Source: Candidatus Yanofskybacteria bacterium RIFCSPHIGHO2_01_FULL_44_24
GTDB taxonomy: Bacteria; Patescibacteriota; Minisyncoccia; 2-02-FULL-40-12; GWA2-44-9
NCBI GenBank assembly: GCA_001794215.1
Contig: MGJK01000020.1
Span: 1,016 to 65,015, forward strand
Direction: 5' to 3'
Length of the DNA: 64,000 bases
A program made the position numbers and the translations under genes. Each line of letters opens with the position of its first letter. The first letter of the stretch is position 1. This document shows, piece after piece, positions 17,951 to 28,257 of this stretch. A model generated the notes under the pieces. That model had not been told where the DNA came from. It ran no database searches and saw nothing but the letters and a program-made list of their open reading frames with translations.

Positions 17951-18136
17951 TTCATATTACTCCCTACCAAATAAAAAGTCAACGCCCTCACTTGAGGAGG
18001 ATTGGCTCTGCAACGGCAAAGATTTATAGACAAGGATTAATAAATTAACTGATGAATAATTTATAGACTCGGCTATTATACAGAGCAGCTGCTTTGCAGA
18101 TCCTCTTCAAGTGCAGGGGTCAACCACAGTACCGTC

Positions 18137-18856
18137 TCAAGAAGAGCTTATAATCGAGCCTATCTTGTCTCCGGCTATGGCCTTTTTTAAGTTTCCTTTT
18201 TCGAAAATATTAAAAACCTTTATATCCCAGTTAAGATTGCGGGCCAAAGCTACGGCGGCTGAATCAATAATTCTTAAATCCCTGGAAAGATAGTCTGTAT
18301 GGGTAATGACCTTTATCTTTTTGGCGGCGCTATCCTCTTTTGGATCACGATCATAAATCCCGTCCACCTTGGTTCCTTTGAGGGTCAGGTCTGCATTTAA
18401 CTCATGGGCTCTTAGAACCATGGCTGTATCGGTAGAAAAATTGGGGTTACCGGTTCCCCCGGCCAGAATAACCACCCGGCCCTTCTCAAGATGACGCATC
18501 GCTCTTCTCCGGATAAAGAGCTCCCCAAAAGATCTCATTTCGGTAGCGGTCATAACCCTTGTATGGATACCGAACTTTTGCTCCAGAACACCCTGAAAAA
18601 CAAGCGCGTTCATGGTGGTGGCCAGCATTCCTACGTGATCGCAGATCGTTGAGTCCTTAAGATCTAAGCCTTTCTGGATTTCTGATCCGCGCAGAAGATT
18701 ACCTCCGCCGACTACAATAGCAATTTCGGCCATATCGATCACGGAAAATATCTCATTGGCTATAAAATCTATGGCTTTTGCAGAAAAATGGGTCTTGGAG
18801 GATCTATCTCCCAAAACCTCCCCCGACATTTTTAGAAGTATCCGTTTCTTTGTCAT
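18137..18856 (-). CDS. pyrH: UMP kinase
   Basis: LLKMSGEVLG...IAIVVGGGNLLRG amino-acid kinase fold motifs. Confidence 0.9.
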   Translation of the reverse strand: MTKKRILLKMSGEVLGDRSSKTHFSAKAIDFIANEIFSVIDMAEIAIVVGGGNLLRGSEIQKGLDLKDSTICDHVGMLATTMNALVFQGVLEQKFGIHTRVMTATEMRSFGELFIRRRAMRHLEKGRVVILAGGTGNPNFSTDTAMVLRAHELNADLTLKGTKVDGIYDRDPKEDSAAKKIKVITHTDYLSRDLRIIDSAAVALARNLNWDIKVFNIFEKGNLKKAIAGDKIGSIISSS

Positions 18857-20986
<2,130 letters not shown>

Positions 20987-21122
20987 TCAAGAGTGAAGCG
21001 ATTGACCACAAAATTGAGCACCTCGCCGAAGCCCGAAGGGCAAAGGCGGGTAACCGCTAATTCACTCCTCTTTTAACTAATAAATCATAGCATTTCAGCT
21101 TATCTGAATCAAGCTTATTTTA

Positions 21123-21159
21123 GCATCAAAAAGGGGCTCAAATAGCCCTTTTTTGATGC
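21123..21159. terminator. Bidirectional terminator GCATCAAAAAGGGGctcaaataGCCCTTTTTTGATGC
   Basis: Near-perfect 14-bp hairpin between pheS (stop 21178) and the gyrB start. Confidence 0.6.
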
Positions 21160-21177
21160 TATCCACAAATCAATATT

Positions 21178-22308
21178 TCACCTCAGCTCCGCTCCAAATT
21201 GTTTGACGGTTTCTTTGTAAATCTTTCCTTGGATAGGATCGATCTCCTCGGTCGTAAGAGTCCTCTCATTAGAACGATAAACGATTCGATAAGTATAGCT
21301 CAGTTTCTCTTTTCCGAATTTTTCGGCATTTTCATATTTATCCAGAAGTTCGACTTGCTCCACTAAGTCCCCTCCTATATGGCGGATCAGATCAAAATAG
21401 TTATTCGGCACGAACGTTTTCTCAACCACAAAAGAAATATCCCGAGTAATGGGCGGAAATTTGGAAACTTCTTTAAATTTATTTCCGAGCTTAAGCTGTT
21501 TCTTCACCCGAGGATCATCGGACCATAATAACCGTATGTCGGGCAGTTCCATGGAAGCCATCGCCAAACGCTCTAATCCAAACCCGAAAGCCCAGCCGTT
21601 ATATCCGGTTACTCCGAAATTTGATAAAACGCTCTTTCTTGGTAAGCCTGATCCGACCATCTCCACCCATTTCCCGTTAATCTCCGCCTCCATCTCGTAG
21701 CTCGGATCGGTATAAGGGAAAGTATGCTCGTAAAAACGGAATTTAATATTTTCTCCAAAAATGCTTTTTCCAATCTTAGAAAGAGTATCTTTCAAATCAT
21801 CCGCCGCAACAGTTTGCTTACTGTCGGGAGCAAGGTAGAGTCCGCCGATCTGGTGAAAAACATTCATGTGGCTACGGTCGATTTCATCCTTTCTGTAGAC
21901 CTTGCCATAACAAACTGCCCCGAAGGATTCGTTTTTATTAATACGCCCTTGAATTTCTGGATGATTCAAATAATAGTACCAGAATGCGGTGTCATGGGTT
22001 CTTAAAACATTTTTCTCGTCAACATAATAAGTGTCCGACTTACTGCGGGCCGGATGACCTTCGGGCATATTAAAAAGATCGAATAGAATTTTTGTCGGAA
22101 TTATTTCCGGTATTTCAACGACATCGAACCCCCTCAGGACGCTTAGGGTCCGGTCGACTATTTCTTTCAAAGGGCTGTCTGAAGTCCGCGACAAGTCGGG
22201 CATATCTAAATACCTCTTTATCCTTCCACTTTCAAAATCACTTCTTTGATTAAGCTTGTCTCTTAGAATATGGGCTTCCTTGGAAACAATTTTGATATAT
22301 TTACCCAT
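21178..22308 (-). CDS. pheS: Monomeric phenylalanyl-tRNA synthetase: PheS catalytic core fused to a C-terminal FDX-ACB-like anticodon-binding domain
   Basis: Class II motifs (FNMPEGHPARSKSDTYY; GFGLERLAMA). The C-terminal ~95 aa (KFPPITRDISFVVEK...YTYRIVYRS) resemble the PheT/mitochondrial FDX-ACB domain. No pheT is adjacent. Confidence 0.8.
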   Translation of the reverse strand: MGKYIKIVSKEAHILRDKLNQRSDFESGRIKRYLDMPDLSRTSDSPLKEIVDRTLSVLRGFDVVEIPEIIPTKILFDLFNMPEGHPARSKSDTYYVDEKNVLRTHDTAFWYYYLNHPEIQGRINKNESFGAVCYGKVYRKDEIDRSHMNVFHQIGGLYLAPDSKQTVAADDLKDTLSKIGKSIFGENIKFRFYEHTFPYTDPSYEMEAEINGKWVEMVGSGLPRKSVLSNFGVTGYNGWAFGFGLERLAMASMELPDIRLLWSDDPRVKKQLKLGNKFKEVSKFPPITRDISFVVEKTFVPNNYFDLIRHIGGDLVEQVELLDKYENAEKFGKEKLSYTYRIVYRSNERTLTTEEIDPIQGKIYKETVKQFGAELR

Positions 22309-22510
22309 TATTATTTCTTCTGCTGATTATCCTCAAAGCCATAAAAGCGGTCAAAACCATACCGAGCATAGACATCAAAAACGAAGCGAAAAATAAGGCT
22401 TTTATTAAAAGCCCGACACGATAAGGATCGAAGTTGACCGCTATCATAGCAAGTCCGCCCAGTGAAAGGACGGTGATTAAAAAGACAATAAAAAACTGCC
22501 AATTAATCAT
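22301..22510 (-). CDS. hypothetical small membrane protein
   Basis: 69 aa with two hydrophobic helices. Confidence 0.3.
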   Translation of the reverse strand: MINWQFFIVFLITVLSLGGLAMIAVNFDPYRVGLLIKALFFASFLMSMLGMVLTAFMALRIISRRNNNG

Positions 22511-22532
22511 AGATAGTGGTAGAAATTTACTG

Positions 22533-22812
22533 CGCGGGCGACGGGGCTCGAACCCGCAACCTCATCCGTGCACTTATCTAATATTTTCATATTAGGGTGG
22601 ACTATATCTTGCTCGTGTCTCAATAGAATTAAGATTTAGAGTCTCTGGTATCTAGTCTCTACGGCGCCCCCGCCATAGCGGGGTTCCCACGGTATTACCC
22701 GAGCTTTCGCTGTAGGGCTTCACCGTTATCCCAAAGTTATTCATCTTATAGTTTCCTATAAGAGCTGCGTGACTCCACAGGGATGCGATCTAACCAATTG
22801 ATCTACGCCCGC
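22533..22812 (-). tRNA. tRNA-Asp(GUC) interrupted by a group I intron between positions 35 and 36 (exon 1 22812-22777, exon 2 22570-22533)
   Basis: Spliced sequence: GCGGGCGTAGATCAATTGGTTAGATCGCATCCCTGT|CACGGATGAGGTTGCGGGTTCGAGCCCCGTCGCCCGCG. The cloverleaf is perfect. T-arm GCGGGTTCGAGYCCCGT matches E. coli tRNA-Asp. The discriminator is G73. The anticodon loop is CUGUCAC. CCA is not encoded. Confidence 0.85.
22571..22776 (-). mobile_element. Group I self-splicing intron (IC3 / Azoarcus-like), ~206 nt, with no internal ORF
   Basis: P1 by exon CUGU|G pairing with IGS CGCAG, placing a U.G wobble at the splice site. P2 hairpin CTTATAG-GAAA-CTATAAG. A GCGAAAGC GNRA tetraloop. The conserved GUAGAGACUAGA (J8/7-P7) word. 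The S element AAGATATAGTCC. Terminal G before the 3' splice site. Confidence 0.8.
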
Positions 22813-23564
22813 AATAAATTTTTAAAATAATGCTCAAATATAACCTTTTTTCTGCTTAAATACAACTTCCCGGCATCCTTATACATAAAGTTATATAGAC
22901 CAAAGCTGTCGTTAGAAGAGAAACATAATCGATGACCTTGGGCATAGAATAGAGTCCCTCCCTTAACAACCGCGTACTTTTTTAATACGCCCCAAAGTCC
23001 TTTTAAAAATTTCTTACTTCCTGAGGTAAGGCCGGTTATAATAATTTTGCTTTTATGCTTGCGGTCTTTTTTCTGATATTCCGACGCAGATACATGTCCA
23101 TCACCATCAAAATAGCCTCTTAAAAAATGTGGGGCAAGCGCTCGAGGTATCTTTGGCATTTTTAGAATTAGGCTTTTATTCGGCATAAAGCCCAGACGTA
23201 GAAGATCCTTGAATATCTCCTTGCTTCCAATCTGTATTTGATATGCCTTTTTCCAGTTTTTATTTTGTAAGTTTTTCTTTCTGATATAAATTTTATGATC
23301 AGAGCCTAAACAAAACTTGATCTTCTCAAGAATATCTCGGTCGGTACTATAGAATGCGATAAAATGAGCGCCTCGCTTGTTTTTGATCATATTCCCATCA
23401 GCCGCAAAAAACCCTAAAACATAAGTCATTTCTGGCGACCAATTCTTGAAAAAATCCTCATTCTTAGCTTTAAATACGGGCATTTTACCAATAAATTCTA
23501 CCGCATTTCCGGCAAAATTAAAAGCCCGCATAAAGCGGGCTTTTGAAAATTTTATCTGTCCCAA
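22803..23564 (-). CDS. LAGLIDADG homing endonuclease (double-motif), free-standing, 3' end overlapping the tRNA-Asp 5' end by 10 nt
   Basis: Two LAGLIDADG motifs: LGFFAADGNM and LRGYFDGDGHV. The likely true start is MPVFKAKNEDF at about 23483. The stop TAG lies inside the tRNA acceptor stem. Confidence 0.8.
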   Translation of the reverse strand: MGQIKFSKARFMRAFNFAGNAVEFIGKMPVFKAKNEDFFKNWSPEMTYVLGFFAADGNMIKNKRGAHFIAFYSTDRDILEKIKFCLGSDHKIYIRKKNLQNKNWKKAYQIQIGSKEIFKDLLRLGFMPNKSLILKMPKIPRALAPHFLRGYFDGDGHVSASEYQKKDRKHKSKIIITGLTSGSKKFLKGLWGVLKKYAVVKGGTLFYAQGHRLCFSSNDSFGLYNFMYKDAGKLYLSRKKVIFEHYFKNLLRA

Positions 23565-25009
23565 GACTCTTTCTGGGCGGCCAAAGAAAGCTTAACCAAA
23601 TGCTTCCTTGGGTTCTTCATGAAAATCTCTCGAGCTTCCTGAAGAGACATCCCGCCCAAATAACTGACAGTGGATGCAAGGTGGCCGGCTATCTCTCTGA
23701 TGATCGGGATCACAGATCCTTTGTACTCTATCTTTTTCTCAAGTCCCTCTGGACTTAGTTTGGAAGAGGTTTCATAAGGATCGTCTACCTCTTCGGCTCG
23801 AAGCCTTTCATACATAGCCTCACGGGAAGCCATACCCCGGAATATCTTGGCCTTTCTGCCGGTTGAATCTCTGAAAACGAGACCGGGAGTTTCATCGGTT
23901 CCGGCAATAAGTCCTCCAACCATAACCGATTCTGCTCCCAAAAGAAGAGCCGAGGCGATGTGTCCGTCTCTCTTTATTCCCCCATCAGCTATGATTGGAA
24001 CATCAGAAACTCTGGCACAATCATAGATAGCCTGAGCCTGAGGAACGCCTATATTGGTATTAAATCTGGTCGTGCAAGCCGATCCCGGTCCAAGTCCGAT
24101 CTTCAGACCGTTTACGCCCAAATCCTGATAGACTTTCACTGCGTCCGGGTCAACAATATTGCCGACAACCAATTCTGCTTCTGGAAATTTACTCCTGAGA
24201 TTCTTAACCGCTTCAAGGCCAACATCCGATTGGAAGTTAGCGATATCCATAATTAGGACATCCGCTCCGATCTTGATCAGTTCAGCCGTACGCTCTATAT
24301 AATCTCCGGTGGCGCCGACAGCCGCACCGACCACGAGTCGTCCGTTGGTATCTTTGTTGGCTAATGGATAGAGTCCGAGATTTTCGATATCTTTAGAAGT
24401 TATCAGACCGACAAGTTTCCTATCTTTGTCGACCAAAGGAAGCTTCTCAAGTCGGTTTCTATCCAAAATCTGGCGAGCCTTTGAAAAAGAAACGTCCGGC
24501 GAGGCCGTAATCAAATCTTTTTCCGATTTCATCCTTTCAGCCACGAGCTGATCATCGGAAGCAAATCTGACATCCCTCGAGCTAAGCAGTCCGAGCAACT
24601 TGCCGCTGTCGTTTATGACGACCAAACAGCCGATTTTTTCTCTTTCCATTATTTTACGGGCTTCGCCGATAGTGCTCCCCTTGGAAATACTCCGGGGATT
24701 TTCAATTACTGAGCTCTCTTTACGCTTGACCTCTTCGACTTTTTTACATTGATCCCCTATGCCGAGGTACCGATGGATAATACCGATTCCGCCTTCTCTG
24801 GCGAAGGCAATAGCCATACGGGCACCCGTTATCGTGTCCATATTGGCGGAAACGACGGGCACATTAAGAGAAACATGCTCTGAAAACCGCGAAATCAGGG
24901 ATATTCCCTTTCTGCTTTTAGCCTTTCCCCAACCGGGAGGAACCAAAAAATCATCAAAAGTACAGCCTCTGAGCTGATTTAAAAGCCACTGATCCTGCCG
25001 GCTCTTCAC
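23552..25009 (-). CDS. guaB: IMP dehydrogenase
   Basis: CBS pair plus catalytic loop IGLGPGSACTTR and GGLIAGTDETPG. Confidence 0.9.
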   Translation of the reverse strand: MKSRQDQWLLNQLRGCTFDDFLVPPGWGKAKSRKGISLISRFSEHVSLNVPVVSANMDTITGARMAIAFAREGGIGIIHRYLGIGDQCKKVEEVKRKESSVIENPRSISKGSTIGEARKIMEREKIGCLVVINDSGKLLGLLSSRDVRFASDDQLVAERMKSEKDLITASPDVSFSKARQILDRNRLEKLPLVDKDRKLVGLITSKDIENLGLYPLANKDTNGRLVVGAAVGATGDYIERTAELIKIGADVLIMDIANFQSDVGLEAVKNLRSKFPEAELVVGNIVDPDAVKVYQDLGVNGLKIGLGPGSACTTRFNTNIGVPQAQAIYDCARVSDVPIIADGGIKRDGHIASALLLGAESVMVGGLIAGTDETPGLVFRDSTGRKAKIFRGMASREAMYERLRAEEVDDPYETSSKLSPEGLEKKIEYKGSVIPIIREIAGHLASTVSYLGGMSLQEAREIFMKNPRKHLVKLSLAAQKESWDR

Positions 25010-25050
25010 GAAATGACTCCTTCTGATTTAAAAGATCACCCCGTACTAAT

Positions 25051-25100
25051 ACCACAACAAAGGGCATCTTTGCAATTGCAAAGATGCCCTTTGTTGTGGT
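25051..25100. repeat. 50-bp perfect palindrome ACCACAACAAAGGGCATCTTTGCAA|TTGCAAAGATGCCCTTTGTTGTGGT
   Basis: 25-bp arms with no mismatch. It shares the core CAACAAAGGGCATCTTTGCAA with 25684-25719. Confidence 0.85.
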
Positions 25101-25145
25101 ATCCAAGATAGTTTTAAACTTTCGTATTTAAAATTTAGATATTGT

Positions 25146-25610
25146 TTAGGATTTTTCTTCGAGAGAGGGATGCCAATAAATTTTTTCTATTTTACGGGTG
25201 CCGTTATAGGTATAATGGTGCTTTGCAATAAATCCTGTATCGCGAGAGCTATTGCTAACGGCCATATCGTTGCCCATATAAAACCCGATGTGATAATGCT
25301 CTTGGCCGTCACCGGAAGAGACTTTTTTCTCCCAAACCAAAACAGCCCCCGGCCTCGGTTCCTTCGCCTCTTTCCAGCCGAACTTAATCATATCTTTTTC
25401 GGTACTCTTCACATTCGCATGCAGATCTGTGATCATTTTTGATAAATATAAAATCGAGGAAACAAAAAAGGCACAGCTCAAGCCTCCGTCTTTTAGAATA
25501 TCAATTTCTTTTCCGTCAATTTCCGCGTATAAATTCCTGAACATCCAGTTTTCACCCTTAACTGCGTTCTCTATCAGGGTTAAGTAGTTTTTTGTCAATG
25601 AAAGTTTCAT
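25146..25610 (-). CDS. hypothetical protein with a Cys...His pattern (possible NlpC/P60- or CHAP-like hydrolase)
   Basis: GLSCAFFVSSIL ... HIGFYMGND. The assignment is tentative. Confidence 0.3.
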   Translation of the reverse strand: MKLSLTKNYLTLIENAVKGENWMFRNLYAEIDGKEIDILKDGGLSCAFFVSSILYLSKMITDLHANVKSTEKDMIKFGWKEAKEPRPGAVLVWEKKVSSGDGQEHYHIGFYMGNDMAVSNSSRDTGFIAKHHYTYNGTRKIEKIYWHPSLEEKS

Positions 25611-25630
25611 ATGAGATTATTTAATCATAT

Positions 25631-25719
25631 AACCAGAAACTCCGCAAAAAGCGGAGTTTCTGGTTGTTCATTTTCTTATCCTCAACAAAGGGCATCTTTG
25701 CAAAGATGCCCTTTGTTGA
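25631..25719. repeat. Two adjacent perfect palindromes: AACCAGAAACTCCGCaaaaaGCGGAGTTTCTGGTT (25631-25665) and CAACAAAGGGCATCTTTG|CAAAGATGCCCTTTGTTG (25684-25719)
   Basis: Direct reading. The second is a copy of the core of the 25051-25100 palindrome. Confidence 0.85.
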
Positions 25720-25752
25720 TTTTGTTGATTGTTGAAGGCTGTTCCCTATTCC

Positions 25753-28245
25753 TTACTTTGGCCTGATTTCTTTCCAAATAGGAATCGCCTTGCCGACAGA
25801 AACCTGCCTTTGACTGCTCGTACAAGAGTAACCATTTACATCAGTAGACCTTACGGTAACTTGATAAATACCCTCTAACGTATACGTGTGAGTGGGGTTC
25901 TGAAGCGTGCTGGTCTGGGCATCGCCGAAATTCCAGAGCCAGGCCGAGGGAGCGGCGGAGAAATTAGTTCTATCGGTAAAAGTAGCCGGGAAACTCACTG
26001 GAGGAGCGGAAGGAAAAACGTTCGGATGATAATTCGGAGCACGATTATCCGGCCAGGCATTGACTGGCGTTCTCCAGCTCGTATTTCCAGCCTGACAACC
26101 TCCCGGACTTACAGGATAACCGTTACAAATTGTCATGTTAGCCCAAGTCGATGGCAAGCCTGCGTTATTCCAAGCCATGACACGGGCATAATAAATCGTG
26201 TTAAAGGCTAATACTCCTTGCGGAATAGTATAATTTCTGGAGGCTCCTCCTCCGCAATTAGAACCGGAAGGACAGGAATCGACTAAAGGACTGCTAAAAT
26301 TAGAGTCGTTATCTACCTGCACCCGACGGCCGCGCTGAGGATTTGATCCCGGATCCGAGTATGACCAGCTTACATCGCCTCCCGGCCCTCCTCCGCAATA
26401 AGTCGGCTCGGCAAGAGTTACATTGCTGACGGTCGGAGGTACGCTGAGGTTGAAATTAGTTTCAAAATTGACCCAACCAGATCCTTCCCATCCAGCGCTA
26501 TAAGCATAACCCGAAATATCGTTATTCGTTAACGGACCATCGACTCCAAAATTTGGATTGAAAGCCACCGTATAGACCACGGTGCGGCTGTTCCCGCTGA
26601 TTGAGCTTGAGCATGAAACAAGTTCTAAGTAATCATGACCATAGCCAGTGGATGACCCCGTATTTTGAATAGAAGCCCAGCCACCACTTCCTAAAGGTGA
26701 ACATGCTTGATTGTCTTTAGTGCCCGACCAACCGCCCCCATCAGTACTATCCCAGGCAATAAATCCTCGATAGGCACCGGAATTTGTACCCTGATAATTT
26801 ATAATGATGTACTGATGACGTATATTTGCCCCTCCGGTAGAAATCATGCTGGTTTCTGTAATGTTGTATGTGGTGACACCGTCGGGTATAACCGTCGGAG
26901 AACTAATAGTTATACTATTAACGGTCGGAGGGGGGAGATACATACCAAAGTCATGGCGTAAGGGAGGATTGCACTCAGCCTCACAGCCGGCTAAAGTCTG
27001 ATAACAAAATCCTGTCGTCTGACCAGGAAGGTATATAGCTAAATTAGCCTCGCAAGAAGCCCTATCCGCGTAATAACTCGAGGTCTGGTTGCAAGTATAA
27101 TTAAGATCTGTCCTGCAGGCATACATTTTTTGTTTAACCCTTATGCTACCGGTACACGTTTCGCCGAACCACTCAACACCATCCTGAACCATCGCCCAAT
27201 CAAACGGATAGACGCCCCCAAGAGTCGGAAAATCGGGAGCGATAAAATTATAGGTAAAAATAGTCGAAACTCCGGGACCTATCGGCTCCGAAGAAAGAGA
27301 CACTCTGCTGGTCCCCCACCTTGTATTGTCTCGGGAGTTTTGGGAACCAAGCCTGTAATCTGCCCCACTGGTCCAGCTGGTAGTGCCGTTATTCATCATG
27401 GTTATCGATGCGGAAAATGTCTGACCGGCATTAACCTCTGCGGGTGCGCTGATTCCTATACACTGAGCGCTATTAACCGAAAATACATTAACAGTGACTG
27501 AATCCTGGGGACTAGTTCCCCCGGGTCCGGTACAATCTATCGTAAATGTCGTCGGCGAGTTAATGGGTCCGGAAGATTCGCTGTTGTTGGGATTGGCTGT
27601 TTTTCCACCCGACCATCCCCCGGAAGCCGTACAAGAAGTAGCGTTACCGGAAACAGTCCAAGAGAGGTTACCGCTATAACCGGGATTAACAGTAACCGGA
27701 CCGTCAGATCCGTCAAAGAAAATATTTACTGAGGGCGGAGGGGGGGGGATGATAGTAAAGGGAATAAACTGATCGCTTGAATCGTCATTACTGTTGGCGG
27801 CACTCAGATGAATGGTATAGTCTCCGGGACCGAGACCCGATATATCAATATACTCTTGGAATGAGTAATTCCATTCCTGCAAATCGCTGCATTGGTTGGC
27901 GTAACCGTTCGTATTGTTTGTTGCGCTAACCGGCCCGGCCAAACCGGTGCCAAGGATATCGTAATATAATGACCCCAACTCAAATGCATAAGAATCATAG
28001 AACCCTGATCCGCACATGCACTCAACCGTACCGGCATCATAATCTCCATAAACAGAGATCGTTTGTGGCCCAACAAAATCAACAGCAGCAAAAGTTATCT
28101 CCGGTAAATTATCAATGCCTCCCTCAGGACAATTCCCGCCGGAATCTATGGCGTAAGCGATCGGAGCTTCGTAAATACCGTTAAGGAACATAAAAACAGC
28201 CAAGATCGAAAATATAATAAGGCTTAAAATTAAAGAAATACGCAT
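25753..28245 (-). CDS. Large secreted Gly/Ser/Thr/Asn-rich surface protein with a C-terminal PKD domain
   Basis: Signal peptide MRISLILSLIIFSILAVFMF. PKD motif near the C-terminus (NPTHTYTLEGIYQVTVRSTDVNGYS). Confidence 0.6.
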   Translation of the reverse strand: MRISLILSLIIFSILAVFMFLNGIYEAPIAYAIDSGGNCPEGGIDNLPEITFAAVDFVGPQTISVYGDYDAGTVECMCGSGFYDSYAFELGSLYYDILGTGLAGPVSATNNTNGYANQCSDLQEWNYSFQEYIDISGLGPGDYTIHLSAANSNDDSSDQFIPFTIIPPPPPSVNIFFDGSDGPVTVNPGYSGNLSWTVSGNATSCTASGGWSGGKTANPNNSESSGPINSPTTFTIDCTGPGGTSPQDSVTVNVFSVNSAQCIGISAPAEVNAGQTFSASITMMNNGTTSWTSGADYRLGSQNSRDNTRWGTSRVSLSSEPIGPGVSTIFTYNFIAPDFPTLGGVYPFDWAMVQDGVEWFGETCTGSIRVKQKMYACRTDLNYTCNQTSSYYADRASCEANLAIYLPGQTTGFCYQTLAGCEAECNPPLRHDFGMYLPPPTVNSITISSPTVIPDGVTTYNITETSMISTGGANIRHQYIIINYQGTNSGAYRGFIAWDSTDGGGWSGTKDNQACSPLGSGGWASIQNTGSSTGYGHDYLELVSCSSSISGNSRTVVYTVAFNPNFGVDGPLTNNDISGYAYSAGWEGSGWVNFETNFNLSVPPTVSNVTLAEPTYCGGGPGGDVSWSYSDPGSNPQRGRRVQVDNDSNFSSPLVDSCPSGSNCGGGASRNYTIPQGVLAFNTIYYARVMAWNNAGLPSTWANMTICNGYPVSPGGCQAGNTSWRTPVNAWPDNRAPNYHPNVFPSAPPVSFPATFTDRTNFSAAPSAWLWNFGDAQTSTLQNPTHTYTLEGIYQVTVRSTDVNGYSCTSSQRQVSVGKAIPIWKEIRPK

Positions 28246-28257
28246 AGCAAAAAAGGC

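Noticed and set aside
17796-18136. tRNA-Trp or rpmG (L33) upstream of secE
   Set aside because: No cloverleaf or T-loop motif is present. All small minus-strand reading frames lack the L33 CxxC...CxxC pattern.
22533-22812. Alternative reading of the split tRNA as tRNA-Ala(UGC) with the intron after U33
   Set aside because: The acceptor stem has G3:C70 rather than the Ala identity pair G3:U70. The discriminator is G73 (Asp), not A73. The D-loop and T-arm match tRNA-Asp. The P1/IGS pairing also fits the Asp splice site better.
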